Origin: Cetorhinus maximus
Lineage: Eukaryota
NCBI RefSeq assembly: GCF_964194155.1
Contig: NC_135901.1
Coordinates: 26,598,001 to 26,662,000 of the forward strand
Direction: 5' to 3'
DNA length: 64,000 nucleotides
The position numbers and the translations under genes were made by a program. A model generated the notes under the pieces. It was not told the DNA's origin, made no database searches, and saw nothing but the letters and a program-made list of their open reading frames with translations. This document shows positions 34,701 to 45,364 of the stretch, one piece after another. Each line of letters starts with the position of its first letter. The first letter of the stretch is position 1.

Positions 34701-36050
34701 TTGGTAGTGGGGAAAATTCTAGAGTCTATTGTAAAAGATTTAATAGCTGAGCACCTGGAAAACAGTGGCAGAATCAGACAGAGTCAGCATGGATTTATGA
34801 AAGGAAAATCATGCTTGACAAATCTACTGGAATTTTTCGAGGATGTAACTAGTAGAGTTGATGAGAGGGAGCCAGTGGATGTGGTTTATTTGGATTTTCA
34901 GAAGGCTTTCGACAAAGTCCCACATAAGAGATGAACATGTAAAATGAAAGCGCATGGGGGTAATGTATTGAGATGGATAGAAAACTGGTTGGCAGACAGG
35001 AAAGGAAGAATAGGAATAAACAGGTCTTTTTCCGAATGGCAGGCAGTGACTAGTGGGGTACTGCAGGGATCGGTGCTGGGACCCCAGCTATTCACAATAT
35101 ATATTAATGATTTAGATGAGGGAATGTAATATCTCCAAATTTTCAGATGACACAAAGCTGGGTGGAAGGGTGAGCTGTGAGGAGGATGCAGAGATGCTTC
35201 AGTGTGATTTGGACAAGCTGAGTGAGTGAGTAAGGTAGATGCAGTATAATGTGGATAAATGTGAGGCTATTCACTTTGGTAGCAAAAACAGGAAGGCAGC
35301 TTATTATCTGAAGGGCTATAAATTGAGAGAGGAGAATGTGCAACGAGAGCTGGGTGTCCTTGTACACCAGTCGCTGAAGGTAAGCATGCATGTGCAGCAG
35401 GTGGTAAAGAAGGCAAATGGTATGTTTGCCTTCATAGCCAGAGGATTTGAATACAGGAGCAGGGATGTCTTGCTGCACTTATACAGGGCCTTGGTGAGAC
35501 CACACCTGGAATATTGTGTGCGGTTTTGGTCTCCTTATCTGAGGAACGATGTTCTTGCTATTTAGGGAGTGCAGTGAAGGTTTACCAGACGGATTCCTGG
35601 GATGGCGGGACTGACATATGAGGAGAGATTGAGTCGATTAGGATTATATTCGCTGCAGTTCAGAAGAATGAGGGGGGACCATATAGAAACCTATAAAATT
35701 CTAACAGGACTGGACAGGGTAGATGCAGGAAGGATGTTCCCGATGGTGGGGGAGTCCAGAACCAGGGGTCACAATCTGAGAATATGGGGTAGACCATTTA
35801 GGACTGAGGTGAGGAGAAATTTCTTCACCTGGAGAGTGGTGAGCCTGTGGAATTCGCTACCACAGAAAGTAGTTGAGGCCAAAACATTTTATGTTTTCAA
35901 GAAGGAGTTAGATATTGCTCTCGGGGTTAAAGGGATCAAAGGGTATGGGGAGAAAGCAGGAGCAGGCTATTGAGCTTGATGGTGTGGTGAATGGCGGAGC
36001 AGACTCGAAGGGCCGAATGGCCTACTTCTGCTCCTAGTTTCTATGTATTT
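31800..36050 (+). mobile_element. Full-length CR1 LINE (5' UTR, ORF1 from ATG 32067, ORF2), inactivated
   Basis: ORF1 MAGELKVVVCSSCSMW ... CRKC and esterase; ORF2 APE and RT motifs with stops; tail ttctatgtatttct. 5' boundary approximate. Confidence 0.95.
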
Positions 36051-37513
36051 CTAAAAATAAACATATTGTAGAAAGGATCTGCCTCTGTGTGTTCTCACTG
36101 CATGACTGACTGACATTTTGTTTTCACTGTCTGTAGATAAGTTGAAGTTGTTGCCGTTGGTCTGTCTGTGTTCCTTCTCCCTTTGGGAATCTGGTTTGAA
36201 AAAGTAACATTTGACAGGATTTATAGCAAAGCCCCTGACAGTTATGTTCACCCACCATCAAATAAAGACACTTTCTAATAATCTGTGTCACATGAAACCC
36301 TTCCTGGATAAAAATGGGATCTGCTGCAGTCATCAAAGTAGGTTGAACACATTTTCACTGAAATTAAGTTAACCAGTTGCTTGTGATCCTTGGTTTTGGT
36401 TTTACTCATTTTATTACTGCTCATTTCATAAAGGCGTTTATATGTTTGGTACATAGGTGCAGACTGTTTATTGGATCGAATAATGGAGCAGGAAAAACCT
36501 CACTTGATTTTGATCTTCATTGTATGTGGATTTACATTCAAAACTCATCGGTAACCTCACTACACCAGCTGAGATCAGCTCAGACCAGCGGTTCTGTATG
36601 TTGTCTTTGAGTGTTAATTAGCAAATAACTATAGTTAAGAATATAAACCTGAACGAATGTATCTGAACTTCTAATTTGGCATATGTGATTAGCGAGTGAG
36701 TTCACAATACCTGGTTAATCAAATTCCTGTGCTATATATCGTAGCGTTCTTTCAACCCACCTCCAGAAGTATTTAAAAATAATCAAGGTTTACTTGGCAG
36801 AATGAGGAGAGTTCTACACTTCACTGATGGTTGGATCACTCCTTACGAGGCTCACACTGCGATGAAACCCTCTAGTTCTGGCCTGGGGGGAAACAGCTCC
36901 TCCATACATCACTGACTCAGGCAGTACATCAGTGAGCACCCTTCCTCAAAATGGATGCCAAAGCTGCTTGTCCAATCACAGATGCTGTCTTTGCAGCAGC
37001 AGCAGCAAGATCGGGAGAGACAGAATCTGTGATTGGAGGAGATGCTGCTCTCTGATTCTGTCTCCCATGAAGGTTTTTCTTCCAGTGGTTTGACCCTGTG
37101 ATTGAATTTTCACAGGCTTTTGTGGGGTGAATTTTCCAGCTGCCCCCTGTGTACTTTAAAGCCTGGTTCTGAAATATTGTCATTCTGATCTTAAGACTTC
37201 CTGGCATAATGCCCTGATCCAAATCTGCAATAATCCATATCCCCATATGAGTTCTGGATTTTAATGTGATTATCCAATCCAGAAAACATGTATAACGGTC
37301 TTTAAACCTGATTCAGCACTTTCCCTCCACACATACTCAAAGAAATTGTCTTTGGGATCAGTTGTTCCTTTATAGTCTGTGTAGCTCTGAATGATGATAG
37401 TATTAACCTTCTCCCTGACCTGTCCTAACCCTTCCATTGTTTATTTATTGAAACCAGGAACTCTCCTTGTTTGAATGATGACCTTCCCTGTCTGCCTAGT
37501 TATTGTTTCATCA

Positions 37514-37965
37514 CTCAGATAACAGCAAAATACTGTGGATGCTGGAAATCTGAAATAAGAACAGAAAATGTTCTTTTTATTTTATAAAAAACAAAAACAG
37601 AATTACCTGGGAAAATCTCAGCAGGTCTGGCAGCATCGGCGGAGAAGAAAGGAGTTGACGTTTCGAGTCCTCATGACCCTTCAACAGAACTGAAGAAAGG
37701 AGTTGACGTTTCGAGTCCTCATGACCCTTCAACAGAACTGAAGAAAGGAGTTGACGTTTCGAGTCCTCATGACCCTTCAACAGAACTGAGCAAACTCAGT
37801 TCTGTTGAAGGGTCATGAGGACTGGAAACGTCAACTCCTTTCTTCTCCGCCGATGCTGCCAGACCTGCTGAGTTTTTCCAGGTAATTCTGTTTTTGTTTT
37901 GGATTTCCAGCATCCGCAGTAGTTTTTTGTTATCTTTTTATTTTATGTTTTTTATGTTATTTTTA
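37514..37965. mobile_element. Compound palindromic Penelope-end insertion, 14-bp TSD
   Basis: Hairpin centred on ctgag-caaa-ctcag (about 37792). ttattgtttcatca at 37500-37513 and 37966-37979; single-copy empty site in the inverted paralog at about 58462-58476. Confidence 0.85.
37644..37787 (-). ncRNA. Three perfect 48-bp tandem units, each a minimal type I hammerhead-ribozyme-like motif
   Basis: Minus unit: aguu-CUGUUGA-a-ggguc(augag)gacuc-GAAA-CG-UC-aacu. The core deviates from CUGANGA at one position. The repeat is certain; ribozyme activity is not. Confidence 0.55.
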
Positions 37966-38119
37966 TTATTGTTTCATCATGTTGCCACATTTCACTAACA
38001 AATGTTGAAATGTTTGCTCCACACCCACAGGGTTTCACCTGTTTAAAGCCACAAACAGGAAGGTCCAGTTTTCTCCTGGAGTTTGAGACAAATCAGCTTC
38101 CAAAAATGATGCAGAGTTT

Positions 38120-38550
38120 CAGCCAATGAGGGAGATCCGGGCTCAGCCCCGCCCCCTCATTCACTCCGATTGGTTGGAGGACCAAAAGCTCAGGCTCGTT
38201 CCTCTAGTCCCTCCCCCTCTTCCTATTGGTCCGGAGCTGCCGTCCATCACTCACCGGGCATTGTGAGTTGGAGCATGCGCAGTGCGAGTGATGGCGATGG
38301 AAAGACGCTTCTTTGTCTCATCTTCAAGCGGTAAGGGAAATGGCGGAGTGGAGGGAGCGATGAAGCAGGCGGGTGGGACGGGGCGGGTTCGTAAGTGCCC
38401 GATGCGGCTCTGAACCCAGAATAAGAAGCTACCGGTGCCGCGTTTTGATCTGTGGGGCCAAGGCTGCAGGATCGCCGCTCCGGTGAAAGGCCCGGGTTAA
38501 CGGCCGCCATTTTGAGCGGGAGCAATGTGCAGGGCTGCGCATGCGCGGTC
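38120..38550. promoter_or_regulatory. Promoter module P4 (reverse orientation), probable promoter of ZNF-6
   Basis: Same CCAAT/GC/ATTGG array, gcatgcgca at about 38273, YY1-like gccgccattt at about 38503, tgcgcatgcgc at about 38537. Donor-like cg|gtaagg at 38331. Confidence 0.78.
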
Positions 38551-39704
38551 ATCCCTGTCCCTGTCAGCAGGAGGAGAGGATGTTGGAGAATTTCTGTCCT
38601 GGACTGACAGGGATGGATTTTGGAAACTCTTTTTACAGGGGGTTAGAAGGGGAGGATTTACACACAGCAAACTCGAACCAAAGATCACATTAAGATCTGA
38701 GCCGAGCCACTTGATGCATCAGGACCTGGATATTATCGACCTTTGAGTTTGAGCATTGAGTTCCAGGTCATGAACAAAAATTCCCCCTTGTAGATTTTAC
38801 CGAAAATCTTAAATCTGTGTCTGTGATACTTTTACGATTAACTAATACCATATCTAAGCATGTTATAAACTTGCACACCTCTATCAAATCTCCCATCATT
38901 CTCCTTTGCTCCAAGGAGAACAACCCCAGTTCTCCAACCTAACATTCCAACTAAAATCGAGCATCCCTCAAACCATTCTGGTAAATCTCCTCTGCATCCT
39001 CTCAAGGACCCTCACATCCTTCATAATGTGTGGTGATCACTGGTTTGCACAGACCCAGATGTTCTGTGTTTGTGTCTGTGATATCATCACGCACCGACAA
39101 TTACGCGGTAACATCACCCCGCTCCCCGGGTATTTCCTCAACTGGGAGATTTTTCGCTGACTCCAGTGCTTCTGATATCTTTCCAGCTGCAGGCTCCAGC
39201 AGGAGATTTTAAAATTGAAAACAGTGGAATTGTTACAGAGGTGAGTATTCTTGATTATTTATCTTTTTTACCTACAATTTAGAGCTTTTAGTGCTATGCT
39301 CTGTTACCTGTGAGAGCCTTTATGACTCTGGAGCTGGTGCAACTCCTTTACTGTGGATCTGAATCCATGTCCATCCATTGCTTTTGCCCTCGCTGATTGC
39401 TTCTCTGCCATTGTCTAACTTCCTCTGTGTCTAATAATGGGTGTATTTTAGCTCTGTTTAGTATTTTACTGTTATTTCCGCAGACCATGCCGAAATGAAA
39501 TTTCTACTGCTGCCCATCCCCCGACCGTGTGCTACTGACTTCCCAGCCCTCTGTCGTCCCACAGTATCTTCCATAGTCAGGAATTGTTTTTAGCACTATC
39601 GTCCATTTCCCTTCTTTTTCTGAGTTTATGTTGACCATCAAATGTTGCACCATTTTTATTCCCCATAATTCATTAATTCATTCTGTATACCCTGAAGCGT
39701 TAAC

Positions 39705-42700
39705 ATACGTAGAAATGTACATAGAAAATAGGAGCGGGAGTAGGCCATTCGGCCCTTCGAGCCTGCTCCGCCATTCATTATGATCATCCAGCTCAATAGC
39801 CTGCTCCTGCTTTCTCCCCATATCCTTTGATCCCTTTCACCCCAAGAGCTATATCTAACTCCTTCTTGAAAACATACAATGCTTTGGCCTCAACTACTTT
39901 CTGTGGTAGTGAATTCCACAGGCTCACCACTCTCTGTGTGAAGAATTTCTCCTCGTTTCAGTCCTAAATGGTCTACCCCATATTCTCAGACTGTGACCCC
40001 TGGTTCTGGACTCCCCCACAATTGGGAACATCCTTCCTGCATCTACCCTGTCTAGTCCTGTTAGAATTTAATAGGTTTCTATGAGATACCCCCTCATTCT
40101 TCTGAACCTCAGCGAATATAATCCTAACCGACTCAATCTCTCTTCATATGTCAGTCCCGCCACCCCAGGAATCGGTCTGGTAAACCTTCGCTGCACTCCT
40201 TCTAAAGCAAGAACATCCTTTCTCAGATAAGGAGACCAAAACTGCACACAATATTCCAGGTGTGGTCTCACCAAGGCCCTCACCAAGTGCAGCAAGATAT
40301 CCCTGTTCCTGTACTCGAATCCTCTCGCTATGAAGGCCAACATACCATTTGCCTTCTTTACCACCTGCTGCACATGCATGCTTACCTTCAGCGACTGGTG
40401 TATGAGGACACCCAGGTCTCCTTGCACATTCCCCTCTCTCAATTTATAGCCATTCAGACAATAATCTGCCTTCCTGTTTTTGCTACCAAAGTGGATAACT
40501 TCACATTTATCCACGTTATACTGAATCTGTCATGCATTTGCCCACTCAGCTTGTCCAAATCACACAGAAGCATCTCTGCATCCTCCTTACAGCTCACCCT
40601 CCCACCCAGCTTTGTATCATCTGCAAATATGGGGATATTACATTTAGTTCCCTCATCTAAATCAGTAATATGTTTTGTGAATAGCTGGAGTCCCAGCACC
40701 AATCCCTGCGGTACCCACTAGTCACTGCCTGCCTTTCGGAAAAAGACCCTTTTATTGCTACTCTTTCTTTCCTGCCCACCAGTTTTCTATCCATCTCAAT
40801 GCACTACCCCCAATCCCATGCGCTTTAATTTTACACGCCAATCTTTTATGTGGGACTTTGTCGAAAGCCTTCTGAAAGTCAAAATAAACCAGATCCACTG
40901 GCTCTCCTTCATCAACTCTACTAATTACATCCTCAAAAAATTCCAGTAGATTTATCAAGCATGATTTTCCTTTCATAAATCCACGCTGACTCTGTCCGAT
41001 TCTGCCACTGTTTTCTAAGTGCTCAGCTATTAAATCTTTTATAATGGACTCTAGAATTTTCCCCACTATTGACATCAGGCTGACTAGTCTATTCCCTGTT
41101 TTCTCTCTACCTCCCTTTTTAAATAGTGGGTTTACATCAGCTACCCTCCAATCTGTAGGAACTGTTCCAGAGTCTATAGAATCTCGGAAGATGACCACCA
41201 ATGCATCCACTATTTCTAGGGCCACTTCCTTAAGTATTCTGGGATGTAGATTATCAGGCCCTAGGGATTTATCCACCTTCAATCCCATCAATTTCCCCAA
41301 CACCATTTCCCTACTAATACTGATTTCTTTCAGTTCCTCCCTCTCTCTAAACCCTGTGTTCGCCACCATTTCTGGTATGTTATTTGTGTCCTCCTTTGTG
41401 AAGACAGAATCGAAGAATGTATTTAGTTGTTCAACCATTTCTTTGTTCCCCATTATAAATTTCCCTGTTTCTGACTATAAGGGACCTACATTTGTCTTCA
41501 CCAATCTTTTTCTCTTCACATACTTATAGAAACTTTTATAGTCAGTTTTTGTGTTCTCCGTAAGCTTACTCTCGTACTCTATTTTCCCCTTCTTAATCAA
41601 TCCCTTGGTCCTCCTTTGCTGAATTCTAAAGTGCTCCCAATCCTCAGGTCTGTTGTTTTTTCTGGCCAATGTGTATGCCTCTTCCTTGGACCTAATACTA
41701 TCCCTTGTAAGCCATGGTTTGGCCATCTTTCCTATTTTAATTTTGTGCCAGACAGGAATAAACAATTCTGTTCACCCATGCGCTCTTTGAATGTTTGCCA
41801 TTGCCTATCCACCGTCACCCCTTTAAGTAACGTTTCCCAATCCAACATAGCCAACTCGCATCTCATACCATCGTAGTTTCCTTCATTAAGATTCAGGACC
41901 CTAGTCTCAGAACTAGTCTCTACGTCAGTCTCCATCTTGATGAAGATTTCTATCATATTATGGTCACTCATCCCCAAGAAGCCTTGCACAACTAGATTGC
42001 CAATTATTCCTTTCTCATTACATAATACCCAGTCTAGGATGGCCTGTTCTCTAGTTGGTTCTTCAACGTATTGGTCCAGAAAAACATCCCATACACACTC
42101 CAGGAATTCCTCCTCTACGGTATCGTTACTGATTTGATTTGCCCAATCTATATGCAGATTAAAGTCACCCATAATTACAGATGTTCCTTTATTGCACGTG
42201 TCTCTAATCTCCTGTTTAATGCCATTACCAGCATCACCACTACAGTTTGGGGGACTATATACAACCCCCACTAATGTTTTTTGCCCCTTAGTGTTTCTCA
42301 GCTCGACCCAGACAGACTCCACATCGTTGGAGCTAATATCTTTCCTCACTATTGCATTACTTTCCACTTTAACCAGCAATGCAACTCCACCGCCTTTTCT
42401 TTTTTGTCTGTTCTTCCTAAATACTGAATACCCCTGGATGTTCAGTTCCCATTCCTGGTCACCCTGCAGCCATGTCTTCGTAATCCCGACTATATCATAC
42501 TTGTTTATATATATTTGCGCGGTTAATTCACTTTATTGCGAATGCTCCTCGCGTTAATGCACAAAACCTTAAGGCTTGTCTTTTTAACATTACTTGTCCC
42601 GTTCCCACTATTTTTCACTGAGGCCCTGTTTGATTCTTGCCCTTGATTTCTCTGCCTATCACTTTTCTTATTCCCCTTTCTGTCTTTTGTTCTTGTCCTT

Positions 42701-44561
42701 GATTCCCCCTCCTCTGACTCCTTGCATAGGTTCCCATCCCCCTGCCATTTTAGTTTAAACCCTCCCCAACCACTCTAGCAAATATTCCCCCTAGGACATC
42801 AGTCCCGGTCCTGCCCCGGTGTAACCCGTCCAGTTTGTACTAGTCCCACCTCCCCCAGAATCGGTCCCAATGTCCCAGGAATGTGAAACCCTCCCCCGCA
42901 CACCGTCTCTTCAGCCACATATTCATCCGACATATCCTGCTATTTCTACTCTGACCAGCATGTGGCACTGGTAGTAATCCTGAGATCACTACCTTTGAGA
43001 TCCTACTTTTCAACTTACTTCCGAACTCCCTTTCTTCTGCTTTTAGGACCTCATCCCTTTTTTTACCTATGTCATTTGTACCAACGTGTACCACGACCAT
43101 TGGCTGTTCACCTGCCCCCTTCAGAATGTCCTGTAGCCGCTCTGAGAAATCCTTGATCCGAGCACCAGGGAAGCAACATACCATCCTGCGGTCTCGTTTG
43201 TGGCCACAGAAATGCCTATCTATTCCCCGTACAATTGAATCCCCAATAATTATTGGATTCCCACATTTTTTACTCCTCCCCTGAGCAGCAGAGCCAACCG
43301 TGATGCAACAAATTTGGCTGTTGCTGCTTTCCCCTGAGAGGCCATTCCCCCCAACAGTATCCAAAGCGGTATATCTGTTTTGCAGGGGAATGGCCATAGG
43401 AGATTCCTGCACTGCCTGCCTAGTCCTCTTGCTCTGCCTGACGGTCACCCATTCCCTTCCTGCCTGTGGACTCTTAGCCTGTGGTGTAACCACCTCTCAG
43501 TACGTGCTCTCCACGATACTTTCCGCCTCGTGGATGCTCCACAGTGTCCCCAGCCACCGCCCCAGCTCCGAATCCCAGGCTCCCAGGAGCTGCACCTGTG
43601 ACACTTCCCGCACACATGCTGGCCCCGAGCACTGGAAATGTTCCCGGCTTCCCACATAGAGCAGGAGGAGCACACCATAACTTTGAGCTCTCCTGCCATG
43701 ACTTACCCCTTTAAATTAAATTGAACCTTTTGGAAGATACTTAATATAAAATAATATCAATTATTCTAGGGCACTTCTTCCCTGCTTCTCCTTGTTACAG
43801 AATATAGCCCTTACAAAGGATGAACCACAAAATAAGAGCTTAAAAACTATGAGCAACAAAAGTAGTAAATACTTACCCGATCGTACTCACAGCATTCAAA
43901 GGATCACCTTGTTCCCTCCTCATCGAACTCCCTTAGTCACCTCTGCTCTCCCAGCTCCTTTTCAATTCCCGACTCCTCTCGCGCTTCTCTTCAACTCCCG
44001 GCTCCTCTCGTGTTTCTCTTCAACTCCCTGCTCCTCTCGCGCTTCTCTTCAACTCCCTGCTCCTCTCGCGCTTCTCTTCAACTCCCGGCTCCTCTCGCGT
44101 TTCTCTTCAACTCCCTGCTCCTCTCGCGCTTCTCTTCAACTCCCGGCTCCTCTCGCGCTTCTCTTCAACTCCCGGCTCCTCTCGCATTTCTCTTCAACTC
44201 CCGGCTCCTCTCGCGCTTCTCTTCAACTCCGGGCTCCTCTCGCGCTTCTCTTCAACTCCCGGCTCCTCTCGCGTTTCTCTTCAACTCCTGGCTCCTCTCG
44301 TGCTTCTCTTCAACTCCCGGTTCCTCTCGCGCTTCTCTTCAACTCCTGGCTTCTCTCGCACTTCTCTTCAACTCCCGGTTCCTCTCGTGCTTTTCAACAC
44401 CCGGCTCCCCTCGCGCTTCTCTTCAACTCCCGGCTCCTCTCGCGCTTCTCTTCAAATCCCGGCTCCTCTCGCGCTTCTCTTCAACTCCCGGTTCCTCTCG
44501 CGCTTCTCTTCAACTCCCGGCTCCTCTCGCGCTTCTCTTCAACTCCCGGCTCCTCTCGTGC
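39705..44561 (-). mobile_element. Full-length CR1 LINE including a 5' tandem array, inactivated
   Basis: ORF1 (43699 downward, IIGDSIVRG, VVVHVGTND) and ORF2 pieces. ttaac duplicated at 39700-39704 and 44562-44566; empty site cctgaaatgttaactc at about 23050-23065. Confidence 0.95.
43965..44561. repeat. 29-bp CpG-rich tandem array, about 20 units
   Basis: Unit ctcctctcgcgcttctcttcaactcccgg with few variants. Confidence 0.97.
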
Positions 44562-45364
44562 TTAACTCTGTTTCTCTCTCCACAGATACTGCCTGACCTT
44601 CTGAGTATATCCTGCATTTGTCTTTTTTCTTTCTGATCTCCAGGAGCTGCAGTATTTTGCTTTTGTTTTATTGCAGGCGTTTCTCACAGAGCCGAGTCTA
44701 GAAACAGAGATGGACCAATTAAGAACTGATTTGTTTCGGGGTGGGTGTTGGCTGCAGAGGTTGGTCCCTGGCCTCCTGTGTTTCTCCTTTTTCATTGAAT
44801 CATAGAATCATTGAATAATTACAATACACAAGGAGTCCTTTCGCCTGTGTTCTCTGCAAGGACAAATCAGTTAGCCCCACTCCCCTGCTCTTTCCTCGTC
44901 GCCCAGCATTTTCTTTCTCTTCAGGTGCGTGTCCAATTCCCTTTCCTTTGTTGAGTCAGTTTGAGATGGAGGAGAAGCTGCTGGGTTTAATCCCGAGGAT
45001 CTTGGAAACCGGTCAGACCCAGCAATTTCCAATGTGAAATTGTCAAAGGGAGGTAGATTCCAAGAGAGATCAGGTTGTTAAAGGGACACTGTCTCTATAA
45101 TGGAAAAGGATATTGTGAGAGGAATAAGTATTTCAGCAGATACTTTTTATCTGTTTTACACATACATATTTTTAACATGTGTTTTTGGCATTTGGGGGTC
45201 ACTAACAAGACCAGCCGCAGATATTGCCAATCCCCAGTTACTGGGGCAGAAGGTGATGTTTGACCTTGAACCCCTGCAGTTCGTGTGCTGAAGCTGCTCT
45301 CAGTGATGATAGATGAGGCCTTACAGGATTTTCACCCAGTTATAATGAAGGAGCAGTGATATAT

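Noticed and set aside
37644-37787. CRISPR-like appearance of short exact repeats (also 6293-6555 and 43965-44561)
   Set aside because: The units are contiguous with no unique spacers, there are no cas genes, and the context is vertebrate.
43792-44636. Long ORFs (257, 208 and 98 aa) with repeating SSRASLQLPAPLALLFNSRLL
   Set aside because: They are translations of the stop-free 29-bp tandem array in all frames, with no sign of a real protein.
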